Below the pieces are notes generated by a model, which was given only the letters and a program-made list of their open reading frames with translations, had not been told where the DNA came from and searched no databases. Below, piece by piece: positions 36,396-47,965 of a stretch of DNA of 64,000 nt. The stretch is from Leucoraja ocellata (Eukaryota), in NCBI GenBank assembly GCA_036785375.1, contig JAWMAR010000227.1:3286001-3350000 (forward strand). Reading direction: 5' to 3'. The translations under genes were made by a program, and so were the position numbers. Position 1 is the first letter of the stretch, and each line of letters starts with the position of its first letter.

Positions 36396-37467
36396 ACACG
36401 TTGTAACATTTGACAGTCAGAATTTGGAAGTTCTAAACCCAGCAAGCAACTAACATTTTATAGAGTTTAAAAAAAATTAAGTTTACAATCCACAACCATT
36501 TCTTTCCATTATATTTTTTAAATAAATGTTTTCTTTTGACATTTGGAGAACATGCACTTGGTGGCTGATGCAATTAAAGATGAGTTAACAGCTGATGTGT
36601 TTAAAATTGGTCGGAATCAAAGAAATTAAGAATGACTGTAATATGTTTGTACTATAGATCCCCACAGGGCACTGGAAGCAGCATTTAAAGATGGCTTAGT
36701 AACAGCTTTCTTGCTCATCCCTTTCCTCTCTGAAAGTTGGCTTCTGCTAACACTGCACTCTGGCTGGGAGGTGATTGTTGGGGCTTCATTTTCATGAGTC
36801 ACTCCATAATTTGCTATAATTGTGTTAGCACATTAGCCAGATTTCCTTCTGTTTCAAAGGCGCAATTTAAACAGTCTGTCACGATGGAGGTTGAACAGAT
36901 AATTTCAGGAGGCTGTACCTCGAGGTCCTCTCAATTGCTTCTCCTCCCCTAGCCATTGTCCTTGGGGAGGTAGGAGTCACCAGCTGTCTCTGCACACTCC
37001 CTGGTAATGGAGTGGAGGGTGATTGAAGTGCTGAAATGATAGTCACTAAGATGAAAACCAGATTTAATCAAAGTACTTGCAAGCTTAATCAGTGCCTGCA
37101 CTTGGATTTAAATCACTCATTAACTTTGTTACATTGACGACCCAATCATTAGGTACCAGTGCAAATCAAAGCCCCATGTAGACTAATGCCATCAATGGCA
37201 ACACTTGCACAAAGATCAATGCATGGGCATTGTTGAAAAGATAAAAGTAGACCGATATTGAATAAATATATATATTCATTTATACTCATTCAATACATGT
37301 ATGTATGCATTTACAATTAGGTTATATGTTTTATTGTATAATATTTATACTGTATATAAGATAATACTGTAAAATGTTTTACTGTGTTATATATGTCAGT
37401 ATATATATTGGGTTATATGTTTTACAGTATAATATGTATTACTGTATTTTATAGATATATATAGAGA

Positions 37468-37699
37468 GAGAGTTGCTGCCTTGCAGCACCAGTGACCTGG
37501 GTTCAATGTTGACCTCAGGTACTGTCCAAACCAAATTTGTGCATTCTCTCCATGACCACGTGGGTTTTCTCTGGATGCTCCCGTTTCCTCCCACACTTCA
37601 AAGACGTGCAACTTTTAAGTTTACTTGTAAATTGTCCCAAGTGTGTAGGATAGTCCTATTGTACGGGGTGATTGCTGGTCAGCGCGGACGCGGTGGGCC
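37468..37699 (+). mobile_element. HE1-type V-SINE running into the gap
   Basis: SINE body sequence. Confidence 0.8.
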
Positions 37700-37932
37700 N
37701 NNNNNNNNNNNNNNNNNNNNNNNNNNNNNNNNNNNNNNNNNNNNNNNNNNNNNNNNNNNNNNNNNNNNNNNNNNNNNNNNNNNNNNNNNNNNNNNNNNNN
37801 NNNNNNNNNNNNNNNNNNNNNNNNNNNNNNNNNNNNNNNNNNNNNNNNNNNNNNNNNNNNNNNNNNNNNNNNNNNNNNNNNNNNNNNNNNNNNNNNNNNN
37901 NNNNNNNNNNNNNNNNNNNNNNNNNNNNNNNN
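37700..37932. other. Assembly gap
   Basis: N run. Confidence 1.
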
Positions 37933-38437
37933 ATTTCTCTTGACACATCTCTTGATAAAATTAGCATTGACTGGGTGTAATATTCTACATTAAAATTATA
38001 ATATAAAATAAATCTCTGGCAGTGCCATTATACCAATTATTGAAACAAACCTGTCTAACATCTTCTGTGATATTTTACATGTTGCCAACATCCAAATGAT
38101 CAACTGTTGGGCTCTTTCCTCCACCTTGGAACATTTGCGCTTGAGGTTAAACTGATTGACCAAGAGCATTTTAAGTTAATCAAACCACCCAAAAAACAAT
38201 GGCGTAGAAGTTTGCCTTCCAATGTAGTTGGATGTTGGCTTCTAGGTCCGGTGGTTTTCTCTCTGCCCCAAAGTCCCGCAGGGGTCTGAACATCAAAGCA
38301 TAGCCAAACATTCACTGGAGTATTGTGAGTAAGAGTGATGCCAGGATTCTGGGTTAGATGCTGTCTATAATACGAGGTGTTAAACGGTTTGGGTAGATGT
38401 AAAAGATTACACTTCACTGTGAAAACAAAATGTATTA

Positions 38438-39170
38438 GAGCCGTGGAGCTGTAGCCCACAGAAACAAACCCTTCAGCCCACCTTGTCCATGCTGACCAAG
38501 TTGTCATACTGGGCTGGTCCCATTGCCTGCATTTGGCCCAGATCCCTCTAAACACTTCCTATCCATATATCTGTCCAAATACCTTTTAAAAGTCATAATT
38601 TTGTCCAATTCTGTAGCTTCCTCGGGCAGCTCGTTCCAGATACAGACTACCCTCTGAATACAAATGTTGTCCTTGAGGTCCCTCGTAAATCTCTCCCCTC
38701 TCACCTTAAGCCTATGCCACCTCGTTTTAGAATCCTCAACTCTTGGGGGGGGAAAAGACTGAGCATTCCCTTTCATCCATGCCCCTCATGGTCTTGTACC
38801 CCTCAACAAGGTCACCCCTCAACCTCCTACGCTCCAAAGAACAAAGTCCCAGCCTATCTCTCTATAACACAAGCCCACGAGCCCAGGCAACATCCTGGTG
38901 ATTCTCTTCTGCACCCTTTCCAACTCATTGACATCCTTACCCGTAGCAGGGTGGCCAGAACTCCACACAGTGCTTCCCAAGTGTGGCCTCAGTGACAACT
39001 TGAACAACTGCATCTGGATGTCCCAACATTTGTACCCAGCACCTCCCCAATGAAGGCAATCGTGCCAAACGCCCACTTCACCACTCCGTCCACTTGACTC
39101 CCAACTTTTAGAAAATCATGCACCTGTACTCCCAGATCTCCCTGTTCTGTAACACTCTCCAGGGCTCTAT
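38438..39170 (-). mobile_element. Older CR1 fragment
   Basis: ELERVQKRITRMLPGL and WNELPEEA peptides. Confidence 0.8.
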
Positions 39171-39812
39171 TATTTGGTACTATTGCGTTATTGGTTGTGG
39201 GAACTGGCTGTACACAAGTTGCCTCTGTGTTCCCTGTGCAATAACAGTGATTGGAACTCAGACAGGGCAGTTCTTTGGAACATTATGAAACTGTGAAAGG
39301 TGCAGTACAAATTCAACTCTTTGGTTTGGCTCATGCCTGATGTGAATCCAAATTATTGCTGAACAGCAAAATCAAGGAACAGAAGACTTCAACTCTTACT
39401 AGGTAAACATTTGGAGAGGGATCACAAGGCACAATGGAGCTGAAAATGGAAAAGAGTCCTTTCCTGCAGAAGGACTCCTTCTTCTGATATCGGCTAGGTG
39501 TGTGGGTTGGGCAGCAGTGTTATTTTTTTTTATAGAAACAAGGAATTGCAGATTATGGTTTTCCAAAGCAGACACAGAGATCTGGAGTAGCTCAGCAGAT
39601 CAGGCAGCATCTCTCTGGAGAACATGGATAGGTGAAGTTTCGGGTTGGAACCCTTCTTCAGACTGATGGTGGGGGGGTGGATGGTGGCAGGGAAAAGAAA
39701 GCTAGACCCTTCAGGCATTCTTCAGCATTGAAAATGGAGCTCTGCTATTCAAGATAGGACTAACTCAATGCTTACAATGTATGTTAATGTAATAGTTTGA
39801 AGTAAAGGACAT

Positions 39813-40114
39813 GGGCGGGATGGTGGTGCAGCGGTAGAGTTGCGCTTGCAACACCAGAGACCCGTGTTCGATCCAGACTATGGGTGCTGTATGTATGGGG
39901 CTTGTATGTTCTCCCCGTAACCATGTGGTTTTGCTCCGAGATTTTCAGTTTTCAACCACACGCCAAAGACATGCAGGTTTGTTGGTTATTGGCTACTTGG
40001 TGTAAGTGAAAATGTTCTTAATGTACGTAGATAGTGTTAATGTGCAGGGATCGCTGATCGGTATGAACTTGGTGGGCCGAAGGGCCTGTTTCCATGCTGT
40101 ATCTTGAAACTAAA
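39813..40114 (+). mobile_element. HE1-type V-SINE
   Basis: A and B boxes plus CR1-like tail. Confidence 0.82.
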
Positions 40115-40115
40115 C

Positions 40116-40327
40116 AAGATAGACACAACGTGCTGGAGTAACTCAGTGTGACAGGCAGCATCGCTGGTGAGAAGGAATGGGTGACGTTTCGGGTCTGAAG
40201 AAGGGTCCCGACCCAAAACGTCACCCATTCCTTCTCTCCAGAGATGCTTTTGTGTCTATCTTTGGTTTCTATCTACAGTTTTTTGTGTCTATCTTCGATT
40301 TAAACCAGCATCTGCAGTTCCTTCCTA
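40116..40327. mobile_element. Penelope-derived fold-back unit
   Basis: gaatgggtgacgtttcgggtc|tgaagaagggtcccgacccaaaacgtcacccattc. Confidence 0.8.
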
Positions 40328-40922
40328 AAGGAAACATAAGCAGTTTACCATACATTCCTGGCTCTCCTTAATTGACTTAATCAAGATGGTTTCTAACCCA
40401 TTTCGGGAATTTCTAGTCTCTATTTCAATCCTCCTTGTTTCTGTGCTTCATTAAATTTGGCTTCCCTCCCAGCCTGCTTGCTTCATCGAGCCATGCCCCT
40501 GTCTGTCTCTCTTTCATTTCTCCCTCTTCACAGACTGACAGGGATCAAAGGACTTTCCCCACACAATGGGCAGGAGATGTTTTCCAATTAACCTGGCCGA
40601 GCTAATGATTTTTTTTATTGTGCACTCTCTGCTGAAAGCAATTTCCAAGTAACATATTAATCACTTCTCTTTGTTTGTTAATCAATTTTGTAAAGAACGC
40701 CAGCTTAAAAGGAAATGTTTTAAGAATCTCATCTGTGGAAAAATAGTTAGAAATGCTAACCTCAGACAATCCCCAAATTGGAAACATGTTGTACTCCTGA
40801 ATATCATACACTTCAATAAACACAAGTGCATTGACTGAAAAGTATTAAAAGCAGTGGTGTTTTAATTGGATCGTGATTATGCTAGATCTGTCTGTATCGC
40901 ATCTGCTCAATGTCCATCACTG

Positions 40923-41140
40923 GTAGGAAGGAACTGCAGATGCTGGTTTACACCGAAGATAGACACAAAGTGCTGGAGTAACTCAGCGGGTCAGGCAGCA
41001 TCTTTGGAGAAAAGGAACAGGTGACGTTTCGGGTCGAGAAGGAGAGGATTCTGAGGAAGGATTCTGAAGAAAGGTTTCAACCCGAAACAACTTCTCTCCA
41101 GAGATGCTGCCTCATCCACTCAGTTACTGCAGCATTTTGC
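40923..41140. mobile_element. Penelope-derived fold-back unit
   Basis: Full minus-strand terminal arm followed by a plus-strand arm. Confidence 0.7.
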
Positions 41141-42099
41141 ATCCATCACTGGTATCTGTTGGCCATTATCAGTCAATATTCTCCTTCCCAAAAAAAACAT
41201 AACTTCAAATAAAATAGAAAATATATAGGCAGTAATTGGCCGTTTCAGCTTTGTTCATGCTCTGCCTTTGGATAAGAACATTGTTGTTCTTCTCTGTGTC
41301 ACTTCCTTCATTAATCCATATTCTTTAATACCCTTTGAAATATTTCCATTATTCAATCCGCCATGTTTTTATCAGATTGAGGTCTTCCTGAACACATTGT
41401 TCTAATTCTCCCCATATTTTGTTGGCTCTTAGCAGTCTCTTATAGACGGGTTCCAGCAAAATAAAAAGATACAAAGTGCTGGAGTAACTCAGCAGGTCAG
41501 GCAGCATCTCTGGAGAACATGGATAGATGACATTTTGGGTTGCTTCTTCAGATTGATTGTAGGGGGGTTGGGTGGGGTGGGGGGGGGGGAGGGGGGAAGC
41601 TACAAGAGAGGAGGGGCAGGACAAAGCATGGCAGGTGATAGGTAAATGCAGGGGAGGGGGATATTTAATTGGCAGATGGGTGGACATAGGCCAGAAATGA
41701 AAAGGCAGAAGGTGAGAGACAAAAGGATTGGAGAGTTGTAAATTGTGAAGCCAGCCCTCTCCGTGGCAGAATGAAGTTGAAACTTTCACAGCAACTTTGT
41801 CCTCAAGATGACCGTTGAACATAGACCACAGAACAATACAGCAGAGATACAGGCCTTTCGGCCCACAATATCCGTGCCAAGCATGAAGCCAAGTTAAACT
41901 AACCTCCTCTGCATGCAATGTGATCCATATCTCTCCAATCCCTGCATATCCATGTGCCTATCTAAAAGCCTCTTAAATGCCTCCGCCATCACCACTGGCA
42001 TCACTCTCCAGGCACTCTCCACACCCCGTGTAAAAACCTTGCCTTGTCCATCTTAAGTGCAAGATAGATGAGGAGATCAGGAATATCCCCTCAGCTGAG

Positions 42100-42410
42100 G
42101 AGACGGCTGTGACTGTGGAGAAGAAGCTGTTCTTGAATCGAGTGGCAAGTGCTTTCAAGTTCTTGTACATCCTGCCCAAAGAGAGAGGGGAGAAGAGGGA
42201 ATGACCAGGTCATGCCAGCTGTATTCCTCAGGCAGTGTGAAGTGGAGGTGGAGTCGATGTTGGGAAGCCTGGCCTGTGTGATGGACTGGGCTGCAATTTT
42301 CTGCCGTTTTGGACAGAGCTGTTGATAAAACCAAGTTGCAATGCACCCCAATAGGATGTTGTCTACGGAGCATGTATATAATGTTTGGCATATTTTCTTG
42401 GCCTTCGTGA
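42100..42410 (-). mobile_element. Rex1/Babar-type fragment
   Basis: NILLGCIATWF and YKNLKALATRFKNSFF peptides. Confidence 0.75.
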
Positions 42411-42616
42411 GCGGAATAAATATAAGCTGTTGTTGCAATAAATGAATATTTTTAATAAGGATTGTGAAATATTACAACTTTTTTAATTACACAACTTCTT
42501 TTAAAAAGCTTTAGGTTTACATTCATTATTGTCACAGGTACATTGGAAAGCTATGTTTTGCATGCTGGCTAATCAAATCAGATGATACTATCCGAAAATG
42601 CAATCATGCCAAACTC

Positions 42617-43072
42617 GCTTGGGTAGTTTACACCCCAGCGGTATGAACGTTGAAACTCTAACTTCAAGTAACTCCTGCATTCCCCACGCTCCCCCACCCC
42701 CCCCCCCCCCCCTCCTCTTCCCCCCCCCCTCTCCTCCTCTCCCCCCCCCATTTCCCATCCTAGTTGTTCTACCAGTGCGACTGTTGTTATCACACCTTTC
42801 ACAGCCAACATCAATTGACCATTATGGACTCCACTCTTCCTGAGGTCATCTGTTGTCGGCCTTGATTTGTTTTGGCCTAATTCTCAGTTTATTCCCCCCA
42901 CCACCCCTCCCCTCTCCCGCTCCCCCACCTCTACTTTCAGTCTGAAGAAGATTCTGACCAAAAACGTCACCTATTCTTTTTCTCCAGAGATGCTGCCTGA
43001 ATCGTTGAGTTACTAGAGCACTTTGTGATATATCTTCGGTGTAAACCGGCATCTGCATGAAGTTCCTTCGTA
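42617..43072 (+). mobile_element. Penelope-like 3' end nested in a Rex1 tail
   Basis: RLGSLHPSGMNVE peptide, spacer, cagtctgaagaag motif, terminal unit. Confidence 0.75.
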
Positions 43073-43221
43073 CCCAGTGATGGACATTGAGCAGATGTGA
43101 TACGGACAAATCGAGCTTGTGTCCATCTCAAGCACAATAGGTTGAGGGAAACAAATGATACAGAATGATACAGAGTGCAGAATATAGTTTTCATCTTTAC
43201 AATGCAAAAGCTGGACGTAAT

Positions 43222-43548
43222 GGGGCAGCACGGTGGCGCAGTAGTAGAGTTGCTGCCTCACAGCGTCAGAGACCCGGGTTTGATCCTGACTACGGGTACT
43301 GTTTATACGGCGTTTGTACGTTCTCCCTGTGACCACGTGGGTTTTCTCCGGGTGCTCCAGTTTCCTCCCACACTCCAAAGACGTACAGGTTTGTAGGCTA
43401 ATTTGGGTTTGATAAAAATTGTGAATTATAGATACTTAAGATGGACAAGGCAAGGCAAGGGTAGTGCTAGTGCACGGAGTGATCGCTAGTAGCCATGGAT
43501 TCGGTGGGCACAAGGACACAAGATTCCATGCTGTATCTCTAAACTAAA
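43222..43548 (+). mobile_element. HE1-type V-SINE
   Basis: ggggcagcacggtggcgcag head, gggtttgatcc B box, ctctaaactaaa tail. Confidence 0.88.
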
Positions 43549-44816
43549 GGTATATTTAAGAACCGCTCAACCATTTTAAATACTGCCAGCACTGAGCCAG
43601 TGTTTCGTGAGGAGGAGAGGGATGATGTTTGGCCACTTATCATCCAAGGTTTTAACACTGCCACAAGTCCCATGACCGTGAAGTGATGCTATCTGAAATA
43701 GATCTCTCTTCTGCAAAGCCCCTTGTATCTGACTGATGCGTTACTGATGAATATTGTCAGAGGCTGTAAAAAAAACCCGAGTCTCCAAGGTGATGCTTTG
43801 CCTCCATCAAACAATAAGAAGCATCTAAATTGTGCACAATTCCCAACCAAGCATGCACAGTTTAACAACTCAAAAAGCCAGTGAAATTTAAGAAGTACCG
43901 ACTGAGCCCGAGAAACACCATTGAGAGTCACGTTTTTTTCCTTTAAGATTAGATTACCTCCATGATTCCAACCTTGCATCTGAAAAATATGTAAGATGAC
44001 TGATGAAAATGGGTTTACACTTTAAAAGATTTAATAGATATCCCAGTGTAGCTGAGTATCTTGAGAAGAGATGATTGTGGGTTTGAGGTGCTGAAATCCT
44101 GCAGGATTTGTGTACATATCTTGTGTGGTTGTTGAGAAGTAAATGTGTTACTTATCTCTTACTATATTAATATAAAGGTAAGGAACATAATGCCAGACGA
44201 TATACGATATCAGCCTCCAGTGCTATCTGCAGCAATTGCAATTTAATCATCAAATAGTCAAAGAGAAAATGTAGTGTGAATTCTGCTGATCTTGTAGTCT
44301 TCTGTAGGATTAAAACAAGCCATGCATTAAAACTGTTCATTAATTAGGGACATTCATTAATTAAAGACATTTAATTTAAACAGTCTCTGAATTTTATCTG
44401 CACTTTATATTTGTAAATTGAGTAAAGTAAAAAGGCAATCTGTGGGATTTTAAGTGAATTTTGCCCATCTGTTCATTAAAGCAAGTTTCATTTCTGGATC
44501 AGACTACGAGAACCAGCAAAAGGTCTGTCACAAAGTCACCCTGTGTCGCAGAATATATGTTTGCAAATGCTGCCGTTTCTGTAGTGCAGGTTTAATGCCA
44601 GTAACAAACGCAGCAATTCAATGTTGGAACAAGCGACTGCTGATGCTGGTTTACACAAAAAGACACAAAGTGTTGAAGTAACTCAGCTGGTCAGGCAGTA
44701 TCTCTGTGGAGTCAAGAGTGTTTTATTGTCATATGTCCCAATTAAATTCTTAATTGCAGCAGCACAACAGAATATGTAAACATTGTAAACAATATAGTAA
44801 ACGGAAAAAAAGTTCA

Positions 44817-44964
44817 NNNNNNNNNNNNNNNNNNNNNNNNNNNNNNNNNNNNNNNNNNNNNNNNNNNNNNNNNNNNNNNNNNNNNNNNNNNNNNNNNNNN
44901 NNNNNNNNNNNNNNNNNNNNNNNNNNNNNNNNNNNNNNNNNNNNNNNNNNNNNNNNNNNNNNNN
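44817..44964. other. Assembly gap
   Basis: N run. Confidence 1.
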
Positions 44965-45144
44965 TAATACACACATGCATAATACACACACATGCATAAT
45001 ACACACACGCATAATACACACACACACACACACACACACACGCAAAATACACACACACACACACACATGCATAATACACACACATGCATAATACACACAC
45101 ATGCATAATGCACACACACCCACACACACACACACACACGCATA

Positions 45145-45184
<40 letters not shown>
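44965..45184. repeat. Compound (CA)n/gcataat satellite
   Basis: Repeating (ac)n-tgcataat units. Confidence 0.9.
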
Positions 45185-45524
45185 GCTAGTGGAGTCAAGA
45201 GATATGGGGAAAAGGCAGGCACGGGTTATTGATAGGGGACGATCAGCCATGATCGCAATGAATGGCAGTGCTGGCTCGAAGGGCCGAATGGCCTCCTCCT
45301 GCACCTATTTTCTATGTTTCTATTATACACACACACAAACACACATACACACGTGTGTGTGTAACAAAACCAATGCCACCAAGTCTATGTAGTTCAGAGT
45401 TTATTTGGAGGTTGTAGTGTTTATTAGCCTGATGGCTATTAAAGAGTATGGATAGGTGATAGGTAAAGAAGAGTGTAAAGGACCCTTCCTTAGACTGATG
45501 GTCAGTGGTCATGTGTCCTCTCTT

Positions 45525-46208
45525 GTGTCGGCTCGGTGGCGCAGTGGTAGAGTTGCTGCCTTACAGCGCTTGCAGCGCCGGAGACCCAGGTTCCATGCCG
45601 ACTAGGGGTTGCTGTCTGTACGGAGTTTGTACGTTCTTCCCGTGACCCGTGACCTACATGGGATTTCTCCGAGATCCTCAATTTCCTCCCACACTTCAAG
45701 AGACGGACCGGTTTACAGGTTAATTGGCTTGGTAAATGTAAAAATTGTCCCTAGTGTGTGTAGGATAGTATTAATATGCGGGGATCGTTGTCGATGCGGA
45801 TCTGGTGGGCCGAAGGGCCTGTTTCCACGCTGATAAACTAAACTAAACTAAAGCTGTCCCCAGTGTACAGGATTAGTACAGTTGATTGGCAGTAACATTA
45901 ATGGATTGATTGACAGGTACAGCAAGGAAACAGCTCCTTCAGCTGACCATTGATCTGCCATTCACACTAGTTCTATGTTATCCCGCTTTCTCATCCACTC
46001 TTTACACACAAGGGGGTAAATTACAGGGGTAAATTAACCTACAAACCCACATGTCTTTGGGATGTGGGAATAAACTGGAGCACCCGGAGGAAACCAACGC
46101 GGTCACAGAGACATGTAAACTCCACACAGACAGCACATATGTTCGAGAATGAACCTGGTGTCCTGGCTCCATGAGGCAGCAGCTCTACCCGATGCACCAC
46201 TGTGCCAC
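45525..46208. mobile_element. Two HE1-type SINEs tail to tail (45525-45852 +, 45915-46208 -)
   Basis: SINE bodies in opposite orientation. Confidence 0.8.
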
Positions 46209-46876
46209 AAACCTAAATATAAAGCCTTCAACAAGGCATCTTAGACGGAGATGGAGCAACCCATACCTCCTGGGGAGGAGGCTGCATTTATTGTATCAGG
46301 ACCATAATGTTTACACAAGATATCAATTTTATGAACCAAAGCAGGGAAAGGCATTTCCCCACAGCTTTACAAGTTTCCATACTTATCGCAATATAGAAGG
46401 CAGCTATTTATGCAATTGTATCTATGTGAATAAATAATAGACACAGAGTGCTGGAGTAACTCATTGGGTCAGGCAGCATCTCAGAAGAACATTGATAGGT
46501 GACGTTTCGGGTTGAGACACTTCATCTGGCTAATTATATTGGGGGGTGGGGAGGGAATTCAGGAAGAGAGTAGGGGCAGGACAAACTCCAGCAAGTAATA
46601 GGTGAATACAGACGAGGAGGGTTTTTGATAGTCAGATGGTTGGACAAGGACCAGAGGTGAAAAGACAGAGGGTGTGAGACAAAAGGAGTCATAGTCTTAG
46701 AGTCGCACGGCATGGACACAGGCCTTTTGGCCCATCTCGTCCATGCCTACCAAGATGTCCCATCTAAGCTAGTCCCGTTTGTGGAGTTAAATTGTACTGC
46801 CACAGAATGTAGTTGAGGCCAGTTCATTGGCTATATTTAAGAGGGAGTTAGATGTGGCCCTTGCGGCTAAAGGGAT

Positions 46877-47259
46877 AGAAACATAGAAACATAGAAATTA
46901 GGTGCAGGAGTAGGCCATTCGGCCCTTCGAGCCTGCACCACCATTCAATATGATCATGGCTGATCATCCAACTCAGTATCCCGTACCTGCCTTCTCTCCA
47001 TACCCCCTGATCCCCTTAGCCACAAGGGCCACATCTAACTCCCTCTTAAATATAGCCAATGAACTGGCCTCAACTACCCTCTGTGGCAGAGAGTTCCAGA
47101 GATTCACCACTCTCTGTGTGAAAAAAGTTCTTCTCATCTCGGTTTTAAAGGATTTCCCCCTTATCCTTAAGCTGTGACCCCTTGTCCTGGACTTCCCTAA
47201 CATCGGGAACAATCTTCCTGCATCTAGCCTGTCCAACCCCTTAAGAATTTTGTAAGTTT
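46877..47259 (-). mobile_element. Young CR1 3' end (same subfamily as 55688)
   Basis: (catagaaa)n tail; ORF 46973-47236; diagnostic tcctttaaaaccgag. Confidence 0.92.
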
Positions 47260-47770
47260 ACGAATTGTGAAGCTAGAGGAAGGAATGTAGGTGGGAGAAG
47301 AGAAATAGGTGTAAGGTTCAGGTGCGGCACAGAGAAGGGGGGGGGGAAGACAGGAGTGTGGAAGGATGGGGCAGTTTGCGGTCACCTAAAACAGGAGACT
47401 TCAATGTTCATGCCTATGGCTCACGTAGTCTATGTGAGTCTTTTGTGTGATTTTGTTTGTTGTGCCATTTTCGCAGTAATATAAGCAGATCAGGTAGCAC
47501 TTATGGAAAGAGAAACAGACTTAACATAGAGACCGAAGAAACTGCAGATGCTGGAATCTGCAGTCTCTTGTGCCTCAGTTCTGCTGCTCCACTGTGAAAT
47601 CTCCTCAACGTATGCCCACTTTGAAGAAATTCTCCGCTGGGATTTGCCTGAGACTCTGGCTCATGACTCCCCCTCTCTGATTCCTGTTGTGCTCCCACTC
47701 CTCAACCATGTTCTGACCCAGACTCACTCCTACAGCCTCTGGTTCCTGACCCGCTGAGTTCCTCCAGCTG

Positions 47771-47965
47771 TTTAAGAAGGAACTGCAGATGCTGGAGAAT
47801 CGAAGGTTACACAAAAAAGCTCGAGAAACTCAGCGGGTGCAGCAGCATCTATGCAGCGAAGGAAATAGGCAACGTTTCGGGCCGAAACCCTTGGTTTCGG
47901 CCCGAAACGTTGCCTATTTCCTTCACTCCATAGATGCTGCTGCACCCACTGAGTTCCTCCAGCTG
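47771..47965. mobile_element. Young Penelope fold-back unit
   Basis: aacgtttcgggccgaaaccc-tt-ggtttcggcccgaaacgtt with arms of about 70 bp. Confidence 0.85.

Noticed and set aside
43222-43295. tRNA gene (also at the other SINE heads)
   Set aside because: The A/B-box heads run straight into SINE bodies and CR1 tails; no complete cloverleaf or terminator is evident.
46877-47259. APOBEC-type G>A editing of this copy as the cause of the differences from 55688
   Set aside because: The independent copy at 9371 also has A at those sites, so the derived state is G in the 55688 copy.
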